From contig JBBSOU010000002.1 in the NCBI GenBank assembly GCA_038259445.1, positions 561 through 64,560 on the forward strand: DNA of 64,000 nucleotides, given 5' to 3'. This DNA comes from Lysobacterales bacterium. GTDB taxonomy: Bacteria; Pseudomonadota; Gammaproteobacteria; Xanthomonadales; Rhodanobacteraceae. Shown one piece after another: positions 56,759 through 64,000 of this stretch. A model generated the notes under the pieces. It was not told the origin of the DNA, searched no databases, and was given only the letters and a program-made list of their open reading frames with translations. The translations under genes were made by a program, and so were the position numbers. How positions within the stretch are numbered: position 1 is the first letter of the stretch; each line of letters begins with the position of its first letter.

Positions 56759-57580
56759 ATGTCACTCGACATCCTGATCCATTTGCGCCGCTGCGACGGT
56801 AGCGTGCTGGCCAGCGAGGCCGGTCTGAAACTTGCGGCGCGTCTCGGTGCGCATGCGCTTGGGCTGCATGTCGTCGCGCTGTCGCCGGTGGCGTTTGCTT
56901 CGCCGGAGGCGGTCGCATTGCACTCGGGCGAAGCGAGCACGATCTTCGATGATGCCTGCAAGCGTGCGCCATGGTGGGACGAACAACTTGCCGCGCACGG
57001 GGTCAGTGGCGAGTTCACGGTCGTTCAGAGCGATCCGATCGAGGCGCTGTGTCATGCCGCGCGCTGGTCTGATCTGGTCGTGGTCGAACGCCCGATCCTC
57101 AATCCCGACGCGCCGATCGGCTGGGGCATCGTCTCACGCACTGTGTTCGGGTCGTCAGCGCCGGTGGTCGTGGTGCCTGAATCGGCACGCGTCGGCAATG
57201 TCGGCGAACACATCATGGTCGCGTGGAATGGCAGCCGCGAAGCGACGCTCGCGATACACGGCGCGCTGCCATTGCTGAAGCAGGCGGGCAAGGTCACGGT
57301 CCTCGAAGGTGAAGCGCAGTCGAGCCCGTTCGGCCCGAACTACCTGCCCTCACTCGACCTGCGCGCGTGGCTCGCACGCCGCGGCATCGACGCCCGATAC
57401 ATGCCGTTCACGCCGGCCAGGGAACATGGCCGCGCCGTACTCGACGCCGCCCACGAAATCGACGCCGACATGATCGTGATCGGCGCCTGGGGACATTCTC
57501 GCATCACCGAGCTCGTGCTCGGCGGCGTCACCCGGCATCTGTTCCAGAACAGCGACCTGCCGTTGCTGGTGGCGCACTGA
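56759..57580 (+). CDS. Tandem universal stress protein
   Basis: Two USP halves. C-terminal IVIGAWGHSRITELVLGGVTRHL motif. Confidence 0.75.
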   Translation: MSLDILIHLRRCDGSVLASEAGLKLAARLGAHALGLHVVALSPVAFASPEAVALHSGEASTIFDDACKRAPWWDEQLAAHGVSGEFTVVQSDPIEALCHAARWSDLVVVERPILNPDAPIGWGIVSRTVFGSSAPVVVVPESARVGNVGEHIMVAWNGSREATLAIHGALPLLKQAGKVTVLEGEAQSSPFGPNYLPSLDLRAWLARRGIDARYMPFTPAREHGRAVLDAAHEIDADMIVIGAWGHSRITELVLGGVTRHLFQNSDLPLLVAH

Positions 57581-57612
57581 GTCCTGGCGTCGGCGGACGC
57601 GGACGGACCACC

Positions 57613-58524
57613 TCAATGCGCTTGACGCAACCGGACGCGCGGGTCGACGAGCATGACCGGCAGGATGCCGACCCGTTTCGCGCCCAGGCGTGCCGCATCT
57701 TCACTCACACGAAAGCTCGGCACGCACGCTCGCAGGGTGCGTTCGACACGCAGATCGGGCCATGCGTCGAGCATCCAGGCATCTGCTACGCGTCCATTCG
57801 CTGCGAACGTGATGAAGTATTCGGCGCCGCCGGCCGATGCCGATTTGCCGCGCACCCTGCCCGACTCGAACTGCGCCCGGCTCGGCGAACAGCGCTCACC
57901 GCGCGCCGTGTTCAGCGGATTTTTCGCACGCTCCTGCAGGATTTTTTCGAGGCCCGTGCGAATCGCCGCATCGTAGGACGCGATCATCGCCATCACGCGC
58001 TGCTCGAGTCGCGCAACGTCGCTTTCGGGAAATCCGTCCTGGGCGACCGAGAGCACGGTCGCGTGCACGCCGCGCAGTGAATCGCCCTCATCGGATCGAC
58101 CGATCGCCTGGTAGTGCACGAACATCTGTGCCCAGACGTTCGCTTCGAAGCGATTGCCGGCATCCACTTCGAGGAACACGAGCTTGGCCATCGCCGAGCG
58201 CTGCCCGCGCAGCGCCGCACGCGAAAGATACTCACGCGCCTTGTCGATGTCTTTCGGAAACGGCGACGACGGGTTGCCGTCACCGATGCGATACAACGAC
58301 CCGAGTGCATAGAGCCAGGTCGCATCCCCCTGCATCGCTGCGTCTTCGAACTGTTTGCCCAGTTGACGGCGTCTCTCCATCGGCACGCCGACGTCGAGCA
58401 GGCCCTGCATGACGATCGCGCTCATGCGCTCGTCATGGTCGATGCTCTGCCCCGAAACGGGCGCGGATGCCGCGGCCATCGATACCGCAAGCAACCATCC
58501 GATCAATGAATCCCGCATGTTCAT
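57613..58524 (-). CDS. Secreted Sel1/TPR-like repeat protein, paralog A
   Basis: Signal peptide. LGSLYRIGDG..DIDKAREYLSRAALRGQRSAMAKL. Confidence 0.62.
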   Translation of the reverse strand: MNMRDSLIGWLLAVSMAAASAPVSGQSIDHDERMSAIVMQGLLDVGVPMERRRQLGKQFEDAAMQGDATWLYALGSLYRIGDGNPSSPFPKDIDKAREYLSRAALRGQRSAMAKLVFLEVDAGNRFEANVWAQMFVHYQAIGRSDEGDSLRGVHATVLSVAQDGFPESDVARLEQRVMAMIASYDAAIRTGLEKILQERAKNPLNTARGERCSPSRAQFESGRVRGKSASAGGAEYFITFAANGRVADAWMLDAWPDLRVERTLRACVPSFRVSEDAARLGAKRVGILPVMLVDPRVRLRQAH

Positions 58525-58613
58525 TGCCCTCCGTGGTGTCGTCGGCAACGCGCCAATCATGATCGGGCCGGTCGTCGATGCAACGTGCGACCAATCAGCC
58601 GACGCGACAACCA

Positions 58614-59507
58614 TCAGTCCTGCTTTCGCACCCGGTGCCTCTGGTCGGCGTATTCGATGGGCAACAGTGCGATGACATCCTGCGCGTTGACACTCTCCTT
58701 CACCTCGACCGAGTAACCCATGGCGATTGGTTTCAGGGTGCGGGCGATCGCAAGGTCCGGCCATGCATCAAGCAGCCACAGTTGCCGCACCGAACCGCGC
58801 TCATCAAACGCCACATAGAATTCGGCGACACCCGATTGCGGCCGACCTTGAGTGGGATGAAGCATTCGGGAACGCGTTCGTCCGTCCTTTACCGGCCCGG
58901 ATTTTCGATCGACGTCGGACGCCAGCATTCCCGCGCGAATCCGCGCGTCGTACTGGCCGATCATCATGCCGACGCTGTCATTCAGCGCGGCGCGCTCCGA
59001 AATCGGGAATCCAGTCTGCGCAGCCGCAATGATCGCCGCTGCGAAACTTTCCGAATACCGATCATCGTTGCGCGGCGCAATCTGGTAATAGTGGAAGTAC
59101 ATCTGCGCCCACACATTCGCTTCGAACCGGTTCTTCGCTTCGAGCTCGAGCACCGACAGCTTGGCCATCGCCGGCAGATGGCCGCCGAGTGCGGCGCGCG
59201 AAAGATGCTCACGCGCCTTGTCCGCATTCTTGTCGAAGGCCCGATCCTTTGCCTGGTCACCGCGGCGATACAGCGAACCCAGCACATACAGATTCATTGG
59301 CCGCGGGTCGTTGCCGACCTGCTGTTCGATATCGACGAAGATCTTTTTTCGCGTGGCAAGGTCGACGTCGGGCTCGAGCAGCTGAAGCGAATCGCCGCGG
59401 ATGAGCTCACGCGGCGCGACCGCCTCCGGCGCGGCAGGGTCGGCGGCGAACACGGCACCCGCTGCGGTTGCCAGCAGTACCACCAGCGCTATGCGAATCC
59501 CGAACAT
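58614..59507 (-). CDS. Secreted Sel1/TPR-like repeat protein, paralog B
   Basis: Collinear with paralog A (LGSLYRRGD..ADKAREHLSRAALGGHLPAMAKL..NRFEANVWAQM..LLDAWPDL). Confidence 0.62.
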   Translation of the reverse strand: MFGIRIALVVLLATAAGAVFAADPAAPEAVAPRELIRGDSLQLLEPDVDLATRKKIFVDIEQQVGNDPRPMNLYVLGSLYRRGDQAKDRAFDKNADKAREHLSRAALGGHLPAMAKLSVLELEAKNRFEANVWAQMYFHYYQIAPRNDDRYSESFAAAIIAAAQTGFPISERAALNDSVGMMIGQYDARIRAGMLASDVDRKSGPVKDGRTRSRMLHPTQGRPQSGVAEFYVAFDERGSVRQLWLLDAWPDLAIARTLKPIAMGYSVEVKESVNAQDVIALLPIEYADQRHRVRKQD

Positions 59508-59561
59508 ATCTCCTCCCTGAGGTTGCTGCGCAGCATGCCGAACCATGCTCGCACAAGTAAA

Positions 59562-60575
59562 CTACTTCGCGTGGACAAGCGCCAGCGTCATGTCGAGCAT
59601 GCGGTTGGAGAAGCCCCACTCGTTGTCGTACCAGCTCAACACCTTGACCAGCGTGCCTTCCATGACGCGCGTCTGCGTGGCATCGTAGATCGACGACAAC
59701 GGGTTGTGATTGAAGTCGATCGAGACCAGCGGTTTGGTGTTGATGCCGAGGATGCCCTTGAGCGGACCTTCCGCGGCGGCCTTCACGGCGGCATCGATTT
59801 CGGCCACCGAAGTCGCCCGCGCTGCTACAAACGTCAGATCGACGACCGAGACATTGATTGTCGGTACGCGCATCGCGAAGCCATCAAGCTTGCCGTTCAG
59901 CTCGGGCAACACCAATCCCACGGCCGCTGCCGCGCCGGTCTTGGTCGGAATCTGCGAATGCGTGGCACTGCGCGCGCGACGCAGGTCGGAGTGATAGACG
60001 TCGGTCAGCACCTGGTCGTTGGTGTAGGCGTGGATCGTCGTCATCAGGCCATGCACGATGCCGACCTTCTCGTGCAACACCTTGGCCAGAGGCGCCAAGC
60101 AGTTGGTCGTGCACGATGCGTTAGAGATGACCTCGTGCGCGGCAGTGAGCTTGTCGTGGTTGACGCCGAACACGAACGTGCCATCCACGTCCTTGTCACC
60201 TGGTGCAGAAATGATCACCTTTTTCGCGCCACCGGCGATATGCGCGCCGGCCTTGGCCTTGCTGGTGAACAGGCCGGTCGATTCGAGCACGACATCAACG
60301 CCGTGTTCGCCCCACGGCAACTTCGCCGGGTCGCGCTCGGCGAACACCTTGACGCGATCGCCGTTGACGATCAGATCACCGCCATCGACGCTGACCTCGC
60401 CCGGGAACTTGCCGTGCGCGGTGTCGTATTGGGTCAGGTGCGCATTGGTGTCGGCATTGCCGAGATCGTTGATCGCGACGATCTGGATCTCGCCATTGCG
60501 CTTGGCCTCGTACAGCGCCCGCAGCACGTTGCGGCCGATACGGCCGTACCCGTTGATGGCAACCTTGACTGTCAT
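59562..60575 (-). CDS. gap: Glyceraldehyde-3-phosphate dehydrogenase
   Basis: [20 protein letters not shown] and [12 protein letters not shown] active site. GAGGAG upstream. Confidence 0.95.
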   Translation of the reverse strand: MTVKVAINGYGRIGRNVLRALYEAKRNGEIQIVAINDLGNADTNAHLTQYDTAHGKFPGEVSVDGGDLIVNGDRVKVFAERDPAKLPWGEHGVDVVLESTGLFTSKAKAGAHIAGGAKKVIISAPGDKDVDGTFVFGVNHDKLTAAHEVISNASCTTNCLAPLAKVLHEKVGIVHGLMTTIHAYTNDQVLTDVYHSDLRRARSATHSQIPTKTGAAAAVGLVLPELNGKLDGFAMRVPTINVSVVDLTFVAARATSVAEIDAAVKAAAEGPLKGILGINTKPLVSIDFNHNPLSSIYDATQTRVMEGTLVKVLSWYDNEWGFSNRMLDMTLALVHAK

Positions 60576-60779
60576 GCGGCACTCCTCGAAGGTGGAAAGC
60601 GAAATGAACGAAAATCGACGGGCGTTCATTCTAGCGGCCCCGTCATTTTCGCGCACGGAGCCATTGCAGCGGGGCCAATTCCCGCACTGGATTCGATCCG
60701 CGGATGCGGGAAACCAACACTGAACAATTCGACGTCGCGAAGCTGCTAGATTTTTGCCAACCGTTGCCTTTGCACAACC

Positions 60780-61658
60780 ATGTCACCACTGATCCGCAGC
60801 TTCTTCCATTTCGATTCCGGCACCTGGACACACGTGATCGTCGACCCGTCGACGCTGCTCGCCGTGATCATCGACCCCGTGCTCGATTTCGACGCCGGCA
60901 GCGGCGAGGTGACGACGACCAGCGCGCAGCGCGTGCTCGAGTACATCGACAATGCGGCCCTGACCGTGGCATGGATTCTCGAGACGCACATCCATGCCGA
61001 TCACCTGAGCGCGGCCGCATGGATTCGTTCGCAGCGTGGCGCGGGGGCGCACCGCGCACGAATAGGCATCGGTGCCGGCGTGCGCCATGTGCATGAACGC
61101 GTGGCCGAACGCCTCGACCTGCGCCAGGAATTCGCGAGTGACGGTTCGACCTTCGATCGCTTGTTCGTCGACGGCGATTGCGTCGTCGTTGGTGCCCTCG
61201 ACATCGAGGTCATGGCGACGCCGGGTCACACACCCGATGCCGTGAGCTATCGTGTCGGCGATGCCGTTTTCGTCGGCGATACGCTGTTCGCGCCGCGCCT
61301 GGGCACGGCGCGTTGCGATTTCCCCGGCGCCGATGCCGCCGTGTTGTATCGATCGATCCAGCAATTGTTTGCCCTGCCCGACGACACGCGCCTGTTTCTT
61401 TGCCATGACTATCCCGCCGACGGTGAGGAGCCGGTTGCGCAGACCACGGTCAGTACCCAGAAGGCACACAACGTCATGCTCAACGGCGAAACCAGCGAGC
61501 AGCACTTCTTCGAAGCACGGCGCGCGCGCGATGCCACGCTGCCGGCGCCGAAGCTGCTGTGGCCGTCGCTGCAGGTCAATATCCGTGCCGGGCAGCTGCC
61601 CGAGCCGGAGGACAACGGTGTGTGCATCGTGCGCACGCCGCTGCGCGAGCGGAACTGA
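60780..61658 (+). CDS. MBL-fold metallo-hydrolase
   Basis: [12 protein letters not shown] (HxHxDH). Confidence 0.8.
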   Translation: MSPLIRSFFHFDSGTWTHVIVDPSTLLAVIIDPVLDFDAGSGEVTTTSAQRVLEYIDNAALTVAWILETHIHADHLSAAAWIRSQRGAGAHRARIGIGAGVRHVHERVAERLDLRQEFASDGSTFDRLFVDGDCVVVGALDIEVMATPGHTPDAVSYRVGDAVFVGDTLFAPRLGTARCDFPGADAAVLYRSIQQLFALPDDTRLFLCHDYPADGEEPVAQTTVSTQKAHNVMLNGETSEQHFFEARRARDATLPAPKLLWPSLQVNIRAGQLPEPEDNGVCIVRTPLRERN

Positions 61659-61662
61659 CCTC

Positions 61663-62484
61663 ATGAACCGTCACGACCTGCATGATGCATGCGTTCTGCG
61701 TGTGCTGCTGCTCGCCCTGCTGGTTGCAGGGATGTCCTTTTCGTCTGTCGCTTTCGCCTGGGGCGGTGCAGGCCATCGCGTCGTTGCGCAGATGGCCGAA
61801 GCACGCCTCAGTGCGCCGGCCGCGGCCGAAGTCCGGCGACTCCTCGCCGTCAGCGGAGCGACGACGATGGCCGATGTCGCAAGCTGGGCCGATGACGTGC
61901 GCGACCTGCCCGGCGAAACGGCGCTCGCCAAGGCGACCACCCGAATGCACTACATCAATTTTGCCGACGAGCGCTGCCTGTATGACGCGGCGCGCGATTG
62001 CCCCGGCGGCCAATGTGTCGTCGGCGCCATCGACCACTACGCGAGCGTGCTCGACGACCGCACGCGTGGCGATGCGGAACGCGCCGAAGCATTGCGCTTC
62101 CTCGTGCACTTCGTCGGCGACGTGCATCAGCCGTTGCATGCCGGCTACCGCAGCGATCGTGGCGGCAACAACCACCAGGTGCAGATCGACGGCAAGGGCA
62201 GCAACCTGCATGCGGTGTGGGATCACGACGTGCTGGCCAGCCACAAGCAGGGGTGGCGCAAGCTCGCCAAGGCCTTGCAACCTTCAGCGGGCAATGTGGC
62301 GACCGGATCAACCCGCGACTGGGCAGAAGCATCGTGCCGACTGACGCGCGACGCCGGTATCTATCCGGCGCGTCGCACGATCGGTCCGGGTTATCTCGAG
62401 GCTATGCGTCCGATCGCCGACCAGCAACTGCAGCGTGCGTCGATCGAACTTGCCGCTCTGCTCGAACGCACTCTGACGCGTTGA
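61663..62484 (+). CDS. S1/P1 nuclease, copy 1
   Basis: Signal peptide then AWGGAGHRVVA, HFVGDVHQPLHAG, NLHAVWD. Confidence 0.85.
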   Translation: MNRHDLHDACVLRVLLLALLVAGMSFSSVAFAWGGAGHRVVAQMAEARLSAPAAAEVRRLLAVSGATTMADVASWADDVRDLPGETALAKATTRMHYINFADERCLYDAARDCPGGQCVVGAIDHYASVLDDRTRGDAERAEALRFLVHFVGDVHQPLHAGYRSDRGGNNHQVQIDGKGSNLHAVWDHDVLASHKQGWRKLAKALQPSAGNVATGSTRDWAEASCRLTRDAGIYPARRTIGPGYLEAMRPIADQQLQRASIELAALLERTLTR

Positions 62485-62575
62485 GTCGGCCGGGAACGTC
62501 GAGTCGAAACTGTGGTCGGAATACCCATGCGATAGCCATGCACGCCACAGTGCACCGCCCCCGAAGGAAACGACC

Positions 62576-63379
62576 ATGAGACTCACGTTGACCCTGACCG
62601 CCCTCGCCGCCGGTCTCGCCCTGTCCGCTGAAGCCGACGCGTGGGGTCCGGAAGGGCATCGCATCGTCGCCGAGATTGCGCAGCGCAATCTGCAGACCTC
62701 CGCACGCGATGAAGTGCTGCGATTGCTCGCGCTCGACGGCACGACGTCGCTCGCCGAGATCGCCTCGTGGGCCGATGCGATACGCGACCAGCCGTCGTTC
62801 GCCGAACTGGCGAAGCTGACGCGACCGATGCACTACATGCGCTTCAGCGATTCCGCCTGTCAGTACGATCCGCCGCGCAACTGCCCCAACGGGAGTTGCA
62901 TCGTGGGCGGCGTCGAACGCTACGTCACGATCCTCGGCGACCGCTCGAAAACAGAAGCCGAGCGCGCGGAAGCGCTGCGCTTCGTCGTGCATTTCGTTGG
63001 TGACATCCATCAACCGCTGCATGCCGGATACCGCAGCGACCGCGGCGGATTCTCGTACCAGATCCAGTACGACGGGCGCGGCACGAGCATGCACGGCGTC
63101 TGGGACTACGAGATCATCGGCAGCCGCGGACTCGAATGGCGCGAGTATGCGCAGCATCTCGACGCGGCCGGCAAACTGCTGGGCACCGACATCGGCACGC
63201 CGGGCGAATGGGCCGAGCAGTCGTGCAGCATCACGCGCGACGGCAACATCTATCCCGATGTTCACACCGTCGACAAGGCCTACATGGAAACGATGCGGCC
63301 AATCGTCGAGAAGCGCTTGCGCGAGGCGGGTGAACGGCTGACGGTGATCCTCAATGCGGCGCTCATTCCAGCGGGGTAG
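62576..63379 (+). CDS. S1/P1 nuclease, copy 2
   Basis: AWGPEGHRIVA, HFVGDIHQPLHAG, SMHGVWD. Confidence 0.85.
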   Translation: MRLTLTLTALAAGLALSAEADAWGPEGHRIVAEIAQRNLQTSARDEVLRLLALDGTTSLAEIASWADAIRDQPSFAELAKLTRPMHYMRFSDSACQYDPPRNCPNGSCIVGGVERYVTILGDRSKTEAERAEALRFVVHFVGDIHQPLHAGYRSDRGGFSYQIQYDGRGTSMHGVWDYEIIGSRGLEWREYAQHLDAAGKLLGTDIGTPGEWAEQSCSITRDGNIYPDVHTVDKAYMETMRPIVEKRLREAGERLTVILNAALIPAG

Positions 63380-63404
63380 CAATCGCCTGACGAGTGCATA
63401 TGTG

Positions 63405-63995
63405 TCAATCGCCAGCTTGCTCCCGACGGGACCGATGCTTCTCGAGCATTGCACGCCACGCTTCGGGCCACGCGCCCTCGCGAGCCATTATTTCGATCTT
63501 CAACTCTGACCCACTCCCGAGCGGTGCCCCGTGGTGAAAGGTTGCAGCTTCTCCGCTACGCAGGATGAGCGAGGGTTCGGACAGGACCACGGCGTTTCGC
63601 ATGTAGCGCAAATTTGCTTCAACGTGATCATCGTCCAATAGCCACAATGTCACTTCGAGTCGCCAATCCACGTCCGCGTCCAGGCGCGTCAGAGCAAATG
63701 GCTCGCCTACCGTTATGTGCAAATCTATCGATGCTGGGTCGTAGGCAGTATTGGAAGGGGGTCCTCGCACGACTGCCCCCGTGGTCAGTACCGCGACTGG
63801 TGACATGTGTGTCGACCCCGGGGGCTCGAAGCGTATGGATACGTCGACTACCGATTCGTCATCCCTCGGAGTTGCGACTGCGTTCCCCGGCTGAGTCGCC
63901 CATGCCGTCACGCTGAGCGCTGCAGCAAGTACGATCACGACGACCGCTCCGGCTCGTCGCCGGATGCTTGCGTACTGCGGCGCGCGCAACGCCAC
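63405..63995 (-). CDS. Hypothetical exported protein (5' end close to window edge)
   Basis: Hydrophobic N-terminus VVVIVLAAALSVTAWA. Start not verifiable so close to the window end. Confidence 0.35.
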   Translation of the reverse strand: MALRAPQYASIRRRAGAVVVIVLAAALSVTAWATQPGNAVATPRDDESVVDVSIRFEPPGSTHMSPVAVLTTGAVVRGPPSNTAYDPASIDLHITVGEPFALTRLDADVDWRLEVTLWLLDDDHVEANLRYMRNAVVLSEPSLILRSGEAATFHHGAPLGSGSELKIEIMAREGAWPEAWRAMLEKHRSRREQAGD

Positions 63996-64000
63996 GATGC

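Overview
High-GC proteobacterial window dominated by a compact, apparently self-sufficient photosynthesis gene cluster (PGC) from about 803 to 47872. All calls rest on my own reading of motifs and family-typical sequences, with no database search.

The PGC has three blocks.
- Minus strand: crtE-crtF-bchCXYZ-pufBALMC.
- Centre: crtD-crtC (plus strand) facing crtI-crtB (minus strand), then idi and bchI-bchD.
- A regulatory and late-pathway block: aerR-ppsR-bchG-pucC-like-bchP-tspO-orf-ppsR-like-bphP on the minus strand. This faces an alpha/beta-hydrolase/membrane fusion plus heme oxygenase on the plus strand, and is followed by bchFNBHLM-lhaA-puhABC-acsF-puhE on the plus strand.

Many neighbouring genes overlap by ATGA or GTGA (stop and start share bases), which implies translational coupling.

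I found paired TGT-N12-ACA-type (PpsR/CrtJ-like) palindromes over sigma70-like -35/-10 boxes at the bchC, crtE/crtD, crtI/idi and bchF promoters, and a single site upstream of bchG.

Most interesting points:
- A second PpsR paralog that keeps the PAS/Q-linker architecture but has no DNA-binding HTH. It sits 62 nt upstream of a non-kinase (PAS/PAC plus helical output) bacteriophytochrome.
- That phytochrome is convergent with, and 3'-overlapping, a heme oxygenase gene. The heme oxygenase is co-oriented with an unusual hydrolase-8TM fusion.
- An unannotated 63-aa single-TM ORF with a strong Shine-Dalgarno downstream of crtB.
- An out-of-frame crtD/crtC overlap.

To the right of the PGC lie a GAF-PAS-GGDEF protein and ordinary housekeeping or envelope genes: M14 peptidase, TonB, MscS, hemolysin-III, USP, GAPDH, an MBL hydrolase, a tandem pair of Sel1-like proteins and a tandem pair of S1/P1 nucleases. 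I saw no rRNA, tRNA, CRISPR array or transposase.
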